NCBI GenBank assembly: GCA_031292235.1
Contig: JARLHM010000055.1
Span: 1 to 53,899 of the forward strand
Direction of reading: 5' to 3'
Source: Syntrophaceae bacterium
GTDB taxonomy: Bacteria > Desulfobacterota > Desulfomonilia > Desulfomonilales > Desulfomonilaceae
Length of the DNA: 53,899 nt
The notes under the pieces were generated by a model that was not told the DNA's origin, did not search any database, and was given only the letters and a program-made list of their open reading frames with translations. This document shows positions 30,044 through 39,230 of the stretch, piece after piece (position 1 is the stretch's first letter; every line of letters starts with the position of its first letter). The translations under genes and the position numbers were made by a program.

Positions 30044-32608
30044 CTATTTTACGTAGGAGTCCGGAATAATTTTGACGACTACGAGTTTTTGTGGATCAAG
30101 GTATTTCTTGGCAACCCTTAGAACGTCTTCCGGTTTGACTTCCGAGATTTTTTTAACGTACTCAGTTTCATAATTCCAGCCGAGACCATACAGGGTGTTG
30201 AGGGACATGTTCTCAGCGCGGGACCATGTGCTCTGCAGCCTGATTGCATGGTTGCCAATCAGGTTGCTCAGTGCATTCTTGATCTCTTTATCGGATGCGG
30301 AAGTTGATCTGACTTTCTCAATTTCACCCAACAGGCCGGAAAAGGCTCTGTCAACTTTCGACGCCTCGCACGCCATATAAAAGCCGAATGCCCCTTTGTC
30401 CAGGCTGGGCCTCATGAAAGATGCGACCGAATAGGCTAATGACTGTTTGTCCCTCAGTTCAAAAAAGAGACGTCCGCCCTGGCCACCAAGTAAATTATTC
30501 AATACTTCAAGAGGATATCTGTCTTTTTCCAACATGCTAACGGTTTGAAAACCCATTGCAATGTGCGCCTTGGCCCTGGGAATACGGACTATCTGTTCCC
30601 AAGGGTGATCAACGGGGGATTCTGCTGGAACTTTTGGAGGTTCAAAAGGTGACGCAGGAACATTTCCAAAGAGGTTATCAAGAATCTTGAGCGCTTTCTC
30701 CTGGTCAAATTCTCCTACTATTGCGATTATCGTGTTTGCTGGAACTGAATACGTACGATAACAATCCATTAGGTCCATGCGAGTGAATTTTGCTACAGTA
30801 GCAGGAGTTCCCTCTGTGTCAAAACCATATGGGTGGATTTTGTATAGAGCTTGATTGAGACAGTTTAAAGCGAATTCAACGGGTCTATCAGGTTTTGTCT
30901 TGATCCTGTTAATTATAAGTTGTCGTTCTCTTTCCATTTCCTTTTCGGGAAATGTAGGATGGTTGTGAATCGTGGAGATCAAGTTGAGACCTTTTTCCAG
31001 ATGACGACTAAAAATGGTTAGGGAGAAGCCAAACGAGTCGTAACCGGAAAAGCCGGCCAATCGACCACCCATTTCTTCAACTATCCGTAAAATCTCAACT
31101 TCCGAGACGCCTTCGACTCCTTTGGTTGACATATCAGCTACAAAGTTCATTATGCCTTGGTTTTCTTCAGTTTCAAATCTTTTGCCGCCCAAGTGTACAA
31201 TTTTGATGGAAACCGCCGGATTTGAATTGTCAGGAGTTAGTAGGACCCGGATTCCATTCGAGAGTTGCGTAAGAGTAGTTTGTGGCTCCCTTGAGGGGGT
31301 TTCTGTAGCGACTTTCAAGACCGGCGCGAAAGACCTGATGATTTGAGTGAGACTGTCGATCTTGCAATCTTTAGAGTTATCTTCCGGCGCCAAAACAGTG
31401 ATAGTGCTGCTGAGCGCCCTCATATAAATTCTTACGACTTCGGATACTTCGTCGGGAGTAACTGCCCTGTTCAGAACCAGATACTTATCTTCGAAGTTCG
31501 GGTCACCAGCATCGGCTTTTGACGTGCCTATGCCTCTGGCTATTCCTTGGACGGTCTCGTAGGAATACACATGCAGAGACTCAATATGTACTTTGGCGCG
31601 TTCAAGTTCTGCCAATGATGGGTGTTCATTTGCCAGCCGGGAAATTTCTTCCATTATCCCGAGAGTTGCGGCTTCCAGGTTTGATGAATCCAATGTCGCT
31701 GAGATTACCATTAGGCCTGGTTCTTTTGGTGTGAGGCAAGCGACGGATATCGAATGAACCAGTCTCTTTTCCATTTTAAGGGACTTGATAAGGCGAGAAC
31801 TTTCTCTGCCCCCCAGAATGTTTGCCGCAAGGTCTAACGGGTTGGTGTCGATTGAACTAGCCTGTGGGACATGGAATGCGATATTTAATCTGGTCTCCTG
31901 GGCATTCTTGTCTATGACCAATGATGACCTGATATCCTTTTGGGAAGGTTCCATCGCTCTCGGTGGTCTGAAAAATCCTACTGGCTTCAGGTCCGCCGTC
32001 AACTTTTCGACTTCCTGAAGTACTTCGGAAGTATTCACATCTCCAGACACAACAAGGAACATATTGTCAGGCATATACCATTTTTTCCGGAATGCAAGGA
32101 CGTCCTCCCGAGTGAATTTCTCCACTATATCCTTGGCGCCAATCACGGGATATTTGTAAGGGCTGGTGACAAATGCTGTTGAGAAAATAAGTTGTGAAGA
32201 CTTTCGCTCAGGTCTTTCCTCAGTCTCTAGGATTTCTTCGAGGATAACCTGTTTTTCTCTATTCAATTCTTCAGGGTCAAGCGCAGGGTGAATTACTGCG
32301 TCAACCAATATATCCAGAATATTGGAGATCTCCGTAGAAGGCGCCGCAATGTGAAACACTGTCTCATCCCAACTGGTATAGGCGTTGATTTCACCTCCTA
32401 ACGCTTCTATTTCTTTAGCTATTTGGCCTACTCCCCGTCTTGCGGTTCCTTTAAAGGCCATGTGTTCAATGAGGTGGCTAATTCCCCGTTCAGAAGATTC
32501 CTCATCGGCGCTACCGACAGTAACCCACAACTCAGCGGCCGCAATTTTCCGGGCATGGTCTTCCTGAATCAGGACCTCAAGACCATTCTTTAACGTGTGA
32601 CGAGTCAA
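30044..32608 (-). CDS. M16-family zinc peptidase, fused active + inactive halves
   Basis: 854 aa with inverted zinc motif HLIEHMAFKGT in the first half. The second half is M16-like without HxxEH. No signal peptide. Confidence 0.85.
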   Translation of the reverse strand: MTRHTLKNGLEVLIQEDHARKIAAAELWVTVGSADEESSERGISHLIEHMAFKGTARRGVGQIAKEIEALGGEINAYTSWDETVFHIAAPSTEISNILDILVDAVIHPALDPEELNREKQVILEEILETEERPERKSSQLIFSTAFVTSPYKYPVIGAKDIVEKFTREDVLAFRKKWYMPDNMFLVVSGDVNTSEVLQEVEKLTADLKPVGFFRPPRAMEPSQKDIRSSLVIDKNAQETRLNIAFHVPQASSIDTNPLDLAANILGGRESSRLIKSLKMEKRLVHSISVACLTPKEPGLMVISATLDSSNLEAATLGIMEEISRLANEHPSLAELERAKVHIESLHVYSYETVQGIARGIGTSKADAGDPNFEDKYLVLNRAVTPDEVSEVVRIYMRALSSTITVLAPEDNSKDCKIDSLTQIIRSFAPVLKVATETPSREPQTTLTQLSNGIRVLLTPDNSNPAVSIKIVHLGGKRFETEENQGIMNFVADMSTKGVEGVSEVEILRIVEEMGGRLAGFSGYDSFGFSLTIFSRHLEKGLNLISTIHNHPTFPEKEMERERQLIINRIKTKPDRPVEFALNCLNQALYKIHPYGFDTEGTPATVAKFTRMDLMDCYRTYSVPANTIIAIVGEFDQEKALKILDNLFGNVPASPFEPPKVPAESPVDHPWEQIVRIPRAKAHIAMGFQTVSMLEKDRYPLEVLNNLLGGQGGRLFFELRDKQSLAYSVASFMRPSLDKGAFGFYMACEASKVDRAFSGLLGEIEKVRSTSASDKEIKNALSNLIGNHAIRLQSTWSRAENMSLNTLYGLGWNYETEYVKKISEVKPEDVLRVAKKYLDPQKLVVVKIIPDSYVK

Positions 32609-32705
32609 CTTTCCCTCCTTGGCGCAAACATTTCGAGTATCAAATGTTATTGAAAAAAAAGTATCTGGATCAATCCAGATGAAAATGGTTAATAAAGTTA
32701 AAGCG

Positions 32706-34382
32706 CTATACGGTATTTTTAAAACTGTCTCTCAGGTTCATCAAATTTTTGACCGACGCTTCATCGGGCCCTAGGGTCAAGAATACATCGGTATAGATCT
32801 TAGCCTGACTTTGTAGAATTTCCCTAAACGCATCACGACGATAACTATCAACTCTGGCCGCAATATCCCTCAGTATGTCTACGATCTTAAGTTTCAGTAA
32901 CCACTTTGGAATAAAAGGCGCTATGGCTGTATTCAAGACCATGTCCAGAAGTGTTATGCCTCCGCCAATCGCCACCTCCGCTGTAACAAGAAACACTGCC
33001 CAGAGAGTGTATGAGCCGTACAACTTGAGTTCATCCGCAGTGGACAACCCCTGTTTGAATTTTTCAAATTCTCCTTCCAATAATTGTTCAATGTTTGGAA
33101 AAACCTGTTCATAAAACGTGCGAATTTGTTCGGATGTAAGTCTTGGGCATGATTCAAGGGCAATCGATCTGAAATCGGAAAAATCTTCTTCGGATGACAA
33201 AATTTCCGCGACGCTGAGGTTGAATCTCGCAATTGAAGCTTCAATCATCGCTAGAGAATAACCGTAATCATTTTGCAAGAACGTTTCTATGGACACCTTT
33301 TCGTCAATACTGGCTTCGTCCCTGGCGACCCAATTTGCAGGGATTGCACTGCGTATTGTGGTAAACACCTTCCTGAATGCCATCCGTACCACTGATCTAG
33401 GAGCATACAGGATGTCATATTTGCGGAGCAAATTTTCGAGGCGGACCTGGATTCTTTCCTCCACGTCTTTAGATCCGGATACATCGAGCTGGCTCTCAAC
33501 CTTTTCTATGACGTTCTCGGCGATGGTCTCAACACTGTGGATAACTTTTCGAACTCTAGCCTGAAAGTTATTAATTGAGTCAATTGTCGTTTCAAGGTTC
33601 TCCAAGGTTATCGACCGCAATCGAGTATTCTCAGCATTTCTCAGCATAAAGACTTCATCGATTGACTCAAATTTTTCTAACACATTCAGGAAATGTGTGA
33701 TCCGATTGTCGGTGGGTAAAATGTCGGGTATTCCCTCGATCCGATCTATCCGGGTAAGTTCCATTTCCGGAAATTCGTTGCACAGGCTTTGCTGGAAGTC
33801 AGCAAACGCGTCCTCAGATACTGCCTTGTTGAGAATTACCCTAATTTCTTTGCCCCATTTGAAAGCGTTACGTATTACCTTTCGTCCTGCCATGTCAGCG
33901 TATTTTTCCTGGGAAGCGACGAAAAGAATCAGATCTGACAATATAAAAAAGTGGTCCGAGATAATCTGGTTCGACTTTTCTATACTGTCAAAGTCCGGCG
34001 TATCGACTAGGATCACGTTTTCAAAAGTTCTCGCCTGATAAGGAAAAATTTGCGATTCACTCCTGAAGCCCCATTCATTTAGAAAGCCTTCCAACGTGTC
34101 TATTAAGGGGAGGGGGCAAGATATCATAGCCCCTCTGGTACAGGGTCTTCTCAGCCCAACCTTGCTTGCCTTTGCAGCGATCAGTGAGTTGAACAAGACA
34201 CTTTTCCCGGCACCGGTTCCCCCCAAAATACAAATCAAGACTGGAAAATAGGGACCTAGGCGGTTTCTCCACTCAACGGCATGCAATAATCCGCCAGTAT
34301 CAATTATCTGCTTCTTGAGCGCAGGATAATTTTTTACCCTCGGATCTAATCCAAGATCCGGCTGGCCTTGCAGAACAGCCAA
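32706..34382 (-). CDS. P-loop GTPase-like protein with helical stalk and C-terminal membrane hairpin
   Basis: TTG start. G1 GGTGAGKS, G3-like ILVDTPDF, G4-like LNKA. Long helical region, then hydrophobic YTLWAVFLVTAEVAIGGGITLLDMVLNTAIAPFIP. Confidence 0.6.
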   Translation of the reverse strand: MAVLQGQPDLGLDPRVKNYPALKKQIIDTGGLLHAVEWRNRLGPYFPVLICILGGTGAGKSVLFNSLIAAKASKVGLRRPCTRGAMISCPLPLIDTLEGFLNEWGFRSESQIFPYQARTFENVILVDTPDFDSIEKSNQIISDHFFILSDLILFVASQEKYADMAGRKVIRNAFKWGKEIRVILNKAVSEDAFADFQQSLCNEFPEMELTRIDRIEGIPDILPTDNRITHFLNVLEKFESIDEVFMLRNAENTRLRSITLENLETTIDSINNFQARVRKVIHSVETIAENVIEKVESQLDVSGSKDVEERIQVRLENLLRKYDILYAPRSVVRMAFRKVFTTIRSAIPANWVARDEASIDEKVSIETFLQNDYGYSLAMIEASIARFNLSVAEILSSEEDFSDFRSIALESCPRLTSEQIRTFYEQVFPNIEQLLEGEFEKFKQGLSTADELKLYGSYTLWAVFLVTAEVAIGGGITLLDMVLNTAIAPFIPKWLLKLKIVDILRDIAARVDSYRRDAFREILQSQAKIYTDVFLTLGPDEASVKNLMNLRDSFKNTV

Positions 34383-34494
34383 ATCAGAAGGCCTACTTAC
34401 ACTATCACTCTTTTCTTTACTATATACGTTTACGCGCCGAATCCCCTATTTAGAAATCACTTTGAGTTTAAATCAATGTTTGTTCACCTAATTC

Positions 34495-34761
34495 TCATTT
34501 GTCCGATGAACATATTATACGTCGTAGAGCGGGAGAAATAAACACTGTTTCCAGATTAAACCGACTTAACGAGCGGGCGAGCAATTTTATTTTTCTCTTT
34601 TTCGAATCATTTTTCTCTATGAGTATCAGGTGATCTTTCTGTAGCCTACAATAGCCCCCGTTAGCGCGAATTGGACCTTTAGCCAGGTTCTCGTATCTAA
34701 GCTTGACTCCTAGGCGGTTCGCAAGATCTTCAAGTTTTGATAACACATCAAAATCGTTCAT
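34495..34761 (-). CDS. hypothetical small basic protein
   Basis: 88-aa ORF directly upstream of the GTPase gene on the same strand. Family not recognised. Confidence 0.45.
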   Translation of the reverse strand: MNDFDVLSKLEDLANRLGVKLRYENLAKGPIRANGGYCRLQKDHLILIEKNDSKKRKIKLLARSLSRFNLETVFISPALRRIICSSDK

Positions 34762-34908
34762 ACAAATTATCCAGAATTTTTAGAGTGTTCTGTTCGATTA
34801 GGTTTTATGGGAGCAGTTGTCAAGTAAAATTCGGTGTGGCATTATACAAAACATAAAGTTCTAAGTGGCTAAATTTGGTAAAATATTCGAAAACAGCGAG
34901 AGTGAATC

Positions 34909-34937
34909 TTGACAATCAGAATATTTGTCTATAACAT
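34909..34937 (+). promoter_or_regulatory. candidate sigma70-type promoter for hup
   Basis: TTGACA (34909-14), then TATAAC (15-nt spacer) or TAACAT (17-nt spacer). TATAACATG occurs twice in this region. Confidence 0.4.
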
Positions 34938-34994
34938 GCGGTAATTCGTGTATTTATAACATGTTGAATAGATTAACTTTTAATTGGAGGTGCT

Positions 34995-35282
34995 TTGGTG
35001 AGGACATCTGACGTGGTAGATTTGGTAGCTCAGGAAGCCGGAATAACAAAAAAGGCGGCCTCAATCGCATTGAAAACAGTAGTAAAGGCCATTCAGGATT
35101 CATTAAATACTAAAGATGGTATGATTCGTATTCCTGATCTTGGGACATTCAAAGTCATAGAGAAGAAGGAAAGAATGGGCACCAACCCGAAGACTGGCGA
35201 GAAAATCAAGATCCTGGGCGGCACGGCTCCGAAGTTCTCCGCATCAGCTACTTTGAAGAAACTCGTGGCACAGGGAGGATAA
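34995..35282 (+). CDS. hup: nucleoid protein HU
   Basis: 95 aa with the HU/IHF fold pattern ...GTFKVIEKKERMGTNPKTGEKIKI.... GGAGG lies upstream. The start is TTG 34995 or GTG 34998. Confidence 0.92.
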   Translation: MVRTSDVVDLVAQEAGITKKAASIALKTVVKAIQDSLNTKDGMIRIPDLGTFKVIEKKERMGTNPKTGEKIKILGGTAPKFSASATLKKLVAQGG

Positions 35283-35430
35283 CTCCATCCGTCGCTCGTG
35301 GTTTATAAACATAGCGCTATTTGCGGCTACTATCGTTACAACGACAGTAGCCGGCGCACTTTATGCCAATAAAGAGTTCGTTTCATGGTTTCCTTTTTTC
35401 GTTAATGGACTGTTTTTTTCAATTCCGCTG

Positions 35431-36126
35431 ATGTCCATTCTGCTGGTCCATGAGATGGGACATTTCCTTGCAGGCAGACGTCGCTATTTAGATGTGACGC
35501 CTCCCTATTTCATACCAGCGATTCCACCGGTGGGCACATTTGGGGCGTTCATCAAGATTCGTTCCCCTATTCCCAACCGTCAGGCGCTAATAGAGGTTGG
35601 GGCCGCAGGGCCGGTCTGTGGAGCTATTATCGCCATTCCTCTGCTTTTCATTGGAATTAGCCTGTCCGACATCCACCAGGGATCTCAGGTTGGGATCTCT
35701 GGAATGTCGTTCGGAACGTCAATCGTACTGGAACTCGCCTGTCTGGCGTGGTTCGGACATTTTTCCTATCAGGCGGTGATTATTCTCCACCCTGTGGCAA
35801 TCGCCGCATGGTTTGGATTATTTGTTACCGCGATGAACCTGTTGCCTATGGGACAGTTGGACGGTGGACACGTAGTATATGCGATGTTCGGACCGAGAAT
35901 TGCCCGTTACGTGAGTTACGGGGTGTTTGGGGCCCTGGTTCCTCTGGGATATTTCACATGGCCCGGCTGGATAATGTTCGCTGCTCTTGCTCTGGTAATC
36001 GGCTTGAAACACCCACCACCCATCGACACATACACTCCCCCGTCTCCTGCAGGAAAGGCCTTGGCCTGGACGGCGATAGCGCTGTTTGTTCTAACTTTTG
36101 TCCCTGCGCCGATTAGTGTCTTCTAA
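35431..36126 (+). CDS. M50 (site-2 protease family) membrane metalloprotease; true start probably upstream (see finding)
   Basis: HEMGHFLAG zinc motif and NLLPMGQLDGGHV second motif. The first canonical start is ATG 35431, but the frame is open from 35257 and encodes a typical N-terminal TM helix. Confidence 0.85.
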   Translation: MSILLVHEMGHFLAGRRRYLDVTPPYFIPAIPPVGTFGAFIKIRSPIPNRQALIEVGAAGPVCGAIIAIPLLFIGISLSDIHQGSQVGISGMSFGTSIVLELACLAWFGHFSYQAVIILHPVAIAAWFGLFVTAMNLLPMGQLDGGHVVYAMFGPRIARYVSYGVFGALVPLGYFTWPGWIMFAALALVIGLKHPPPIDTYTPPSPAGKALAWTAIALFVLTFVPAPISVF

Positions 36127-36261
36127 AATAGCGTTGTAAATCAATCAGACATTTTGTCACCGGACACAGGCTTAGGACCTGTCTTATAGTCAACTGCCGG
36201 TTGATCCCAGTTGGTCTTTCGAAGAATTCCGTTTGACAGATATGTTTGTGTCATCAACAGT

Positions 36262-36984
36262 TCAGTCGGTTCCATTTTGAGGTTCCCCTTTCATCCTCAA
36301 ATACAATTTTGCCACTGCTATCACGCCTATTGCAAAAAGAACTTCAAGAGCATAGAGACCAAACGTCGGTATTCGAATGAGTTCTCTGACCGCTGGGTCT
36401 GTGAAGATCATCTCCGCCGCTACTTTACCCAAGATAGCCGCCCCCAGATAAATTATGACCGGAAACTTTGCCATCAGCCTTGACAGCAAGTCACTGGTGA
36501 AAACTACAAGGGGTATACTAAGCGCAAGACCAAATATCAAGAGAGGCAGATTGCCTCTGGACGCGGCCGCTAGAGCCAGGATATTATCGGTCGACATAGT
36601 GACGTCCGCTACTGTTATTATCCAGATCGCATTCCATACGCTGGTTGCCTGACGCCCCGTTTCCTGGGCCGCTGCGTCTTGAAGCAGCAGCTTGCATCCG
36701 ATCCAAAATATTAGCAAACCGCCAACAAGCTTTACAAAGTTGATTTGAAGCAACTGGGAAGCGAAAAAGGTGAGAGCTACACGAAGGATTACGGCAAGTC
36801 CTGCGCCGAAAATGATCCCGAACCGACGTCTTTTCCTGGGCAGCGATCTTACCGCCATGGCGATTACCACCGCGTTGTCACCAGCCAGGACAAGATCAAT
36901 TAAAACGATCTGAAATATCCCAAAAACGAGATCCTCCAGTGAGCCTGAAAATGCCCTGGAATCAATAACCATAATTTGCCCCAA
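36262..36984 (-). CDS. TerC-family integral membrane protein
   Basis: 240 aa with duplicated LAGDNAVVIA / STDNILALA TerC motifs. Confidence 0.85.
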   Translation of the reverse strand: MGQIMVIDSRAFSGSLEDLVFGIFQIVLIDLVLAGDNAVVIAMAVRSLPRKRRRFGIIFGAGLAVILRVALTFFASQLLQINFVKLVGGLLIFWIGCKLLLQDAAAQETGRQATSVWNAIWIITVADVTMSTDNILALAAASRGNLPLLIFGLALSIPLVVFTSDLLSRLMAKFPVIIYLGAAILGKVAAEMIFTDPAVRELIRIPTFGLYALEVLFAIGVIAVAKLYLRMKGEPQNGTD

Positions 36985-37009
36985 TCCGATTCAAAACAAT
37001 CTGTTTTGG

Positions 37010-37468
37010 CTAATTGTCCTCGTCATGAATTGGCATCCTGACCACTAGCACAGAACACTTGGCTCGGCGTAAAACCGCTTCCGCAACGCTGCCAAGAATC
37101 TGGTACCTAAAACCGGTCCAGCCATGTGTCCCCATAATGATTAGATCTACGCATTCCTTTTTCGCAAAACTTAATATTTCGTCAGAAGGAGAGCCGATCC
37201 CAGTATGATAAGACGTCTGTATTCCGTGTTTTCTAAATTCTTGCGAAATTTCTTCGAGGTCCGCGTTAACTGGTTCTTTGACCTTTTCAATGATCTGTTG
37301 TTCATGAAATTTAAGTTTGGGCCGGTAAGCCTGAACAGGCCATGCGCCTATAACATGAATGATCCTGATAGACGCGCCCAAGGCTTTAGCGTAATCCAGC
37401 GCCCAAGATCGGGCAGCCTCGGCGTTCTTAGAAAAATCTTCACAGAAGAGTATCTTTTTAGGTACCAT
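37010..37468 (-). CDS. universal stress protein (UspA family)
   Basis: KKILFCEDFS...IIMGTHGWTGF...GSVAEAVLRRAKCSVLVV. ATG at 37468 lies 8 nt after GGAGG. The upstream 37 in-frame codons of the tracked ORF look non-coding. Confidence 0.85.
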   Translation of the reverse strand: MVPKKILFCEDFSKNAEAARSWALDYAKALGASIRIIHVIGAWPVQAYRPKLKFHEQQIIEKVKEPVNADLEEISQEFRKHGIQTSYHTGIGSPSDEILSFAKKECVDLIIMGTHGWTGFRYQILGSVAEAVLRRAKCSVLVVRMPIHDEDN

Positions 37469-37572
37469 TGGTGGCGACCTCCGTATGGGTTTGCTAAACG
37501 AGGCCCGAAATTCGGATAGCAAGTGAATGAATAGCGCTCTCGATCTGTTGCCTACACTCGGGCTGTTGGATC

Positions 37573-37601
37573 TTGACACCTCATTAGTTCTAAGATATTT
37601 A
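37573..37601 (+). promoter_or_regulatory. possible promoter for trp leader / trpE unit
   Basis: TTGACA (37573-78), 17-nt spacer, TATTTA. The -10 element is weak and it sits very close to the leader SD. Confidence 0.25.
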
Positions 37602-37625
37602 ATATAAAGGAGTCAACGAGTTACC

Positions 37626-37763
37626 GTGGAACAAACCCTTACAAAATTTGTTAGTAAACTTGAGCGATCTTCATTAACTAGTGTTCGTGAAACCGGTTTC
37701 TTGTTTTACTGGTGGCGCCATTCAACCGTGACGGTGTGGTCCGCCCTGGATTGCTCAGTTTAA
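37626..37763 (+). CDS. trpL: putative trp leader peptide (45 aa, tandem Trp codons)
   Basis: GTG start with AAGGAG 13 nt upstream. Peptide ..GFLFYWWRHSTVTVWSALDCSV, with UGG UGG at 37710-15 and a third UGG at 37737. It overlaps alternative hairpins and is followed by the terminator. Alternative TTG start at 37701. Confidence 0.55.
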   Translation: MEQTLTKFVSKLERSSLTSVRETGFLFYWWRHSTVTVWSALDCSV

Positions 37764-37789
37764 CTACTAATTGTAGATAGACAACAAGC

Positions 37790-37817
37790 CCCACCGTCAG
37801 AAGACGGTGGGTTTTTT
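37790..37817 (+). terminator. intrinsic terminator (attenuator) upstream of trpE
   Basis: CCCACCGUC (37790-98), AGAA loop, GACGGUGGG (37803-11), then UUUUUU. 25 nt before the trpE start. Confidence 0.8.
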
Positions 37818-37841
37818 GTTTCTGAAGAAAGGAATCAAATT

Positions 37842-39230
37842 GTGGCCTCGCTCAAAACCCTGTCGAAGGAATTACTGGCGGACATGGAGACGCCTGTTTC
37901 AAGCTATTTGAAACTGTGCACAGGCGAAGATGTTTCATTTCTCTTCGAAAGCAGCGAAGACGTTGAGAGCATAGGTCGTTATTCGATTATAGCCTGGGAC
38001 CCTCTGTTGTCTATAACACTTTCGGATGAAGGGACCAAAATCCAATCACACGGAGAGGTTTCATTAAGCTCTAAAGACGATTTTTTCACATCTGTGCGCA
38101 ACCTGATGGCTAGTATGGAGTGTGTCGATTCTCCCAAACTTCCATTTGTAGGATCGCTAGCTGGTTATGTTGGTTATGACGCCATAAGACTGATCGAAAA
38201 ACTTCCCAAGCCACTCCCTGGTAATCTGCCAACTGCTTACCTCTGCTATCCCTCTCAATTCGTGGTTTTCGATCACTTGTACAGGACAATCACGATATGC
38301 GCCATTGGAGAAAATGATACAGATTGCAGTGATAAACTACGCGGAATAGAATCAAAACTTGCCCGGAACTTAACCACTAGTGTTGGTAATGAGAAATTCT
38401 CCCTTGTGCGGCCTTCTCAGGAACGATTTGTCAATTCGGTTCTGAAGGCAAAGGAACACATACTCGACGGAGATATATTTCAGGTTGTTCTTTCCGATCA
38501 AATCATGGGGGAAATCAATGTCGACCCATTTGAGGTCTATCGATGGATGAGGGTGAACAGCCCATCCCCTTACATGTTTTTTTTGAAGCTCGGAGATCTG
38601 AAACTTGCGGGGGCTTCTCCCGAAACACTAGTCAAACTTATAAACGGCAAGGTATTGATAAGACCAATAGCGGGCACAAGGGGGCGTTCAGCGGACCCCA
38701 TAAAGGATAAAGCGCTTGAAAAGGAACTAATGGAATCGGAAAAGGAACGCGCCGAGCATGTCATGTTGGTTGACTTGGCAAGGAATGACGCCGGTCGTGT
38801 TTGCCGATATGGCTCTGTAACCGTTGACCCTTACATGATAGTTGAGCGCTATAGTCATGTAATGCACATTGTCTCCCAGGTTACAGGAGATTTACGCGAG
38901 GGTTTGGACGCATGGGACGCGTTTATAGCCGGTTTTCCTGCGGGCACGGTTTCCGGGGCGCCCAAAATTCGCGCGATGGAAATTATTGATGACCTTGAAA
39001 CCGAACCACGGGGGCCCTACGGAGGGGCCGTCGGCTACTGGGGACCAGGTCTAACGATGGACACCTGTATTGCAATACGGATGATCCAGTTTTATCAAAA
39101 CAAATTTGTTTTGCAGGCCGGCGCTGGGATTGTCGCTGATTCGTCCCCTGTTTTCGAATACGAGGAGATAATGAGAAAAGCGGCGCATGGAATAGCTTCT
39201 CTTCGAGCAGCCATGGGAGACATGTCATGA
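37842..39230 (+). CDS. trpE: anthranilate synthase component I
   Basis: 462 aa with LVDLARNDAGRV and GAVGYW motifs. GTG start 7 nt after AAAGGAA. Confidence 0.95.
   Translation: MASLKTLSKELLADMETPVSSYLKLCTGEDVSFLFESSEDVESIGRYSIIAWDPLLSITLSDEGTKIQSHGEVSLSSKDDFFTSVRNLMASMECVDSPKLPFVGSLAGYVGYDAIRLIEKLPKPLPGNLPTAYLCYPSQFVVFDHLYRTITICAIGENDTDCSDKLRGIESKLARNLTTSVGNEKFSLVRPSQERFVNSVLKAKEHILDGDIFQVVLSDQIMGEINVDPFEVYRWMRVNSPSPYMFFLKLGDLKLAGASPETLVKLINGKVLIRPIAGTRGRSADPIKDKALEKELMESEKERAEHVMLVDLARNDAGRVCRYGSVTVDPYMIVERYSHVMHIVSQVTGDLREGLDAWDAFIAGFPAGTVSGAPKIRAMEIIDDLETEPRGPYGGAVGYWGPGLTMDTCIAIRMIQFYQNKFVLQAGAGIVADSSPVFEYEEIMRKAAHGIASLRAAMGDMS

Noticed and set aside
36985-37009. yybP-ykoY (Mn) riboswitch, which often precedes TerC-family genes
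   Set aside because: Only 25 nt separate terC from the upstream usp gene, so there is no room for a riboswitch. The two genes are probably co-transcribed.
37469-37579. N-terminal 37 codons of the tracked usp ORF
   Set aside because: The internal ATG at 37468 has GGAGG at ideal spacing and yields a standard-length Usp. The extension is Ser/Arg-rich and overlaps the divergent trp-leader promoter region.
37626-37820. T-box riboswitch upstream of trpE
   Set aside because: GGUGGCGCC superficially resembles part of a T-box, but there is no Stem I or specifier-loop architecture and the leader is too short. The tandem UGG codons in a translatable ORF fit peptide-mediated attenuation.
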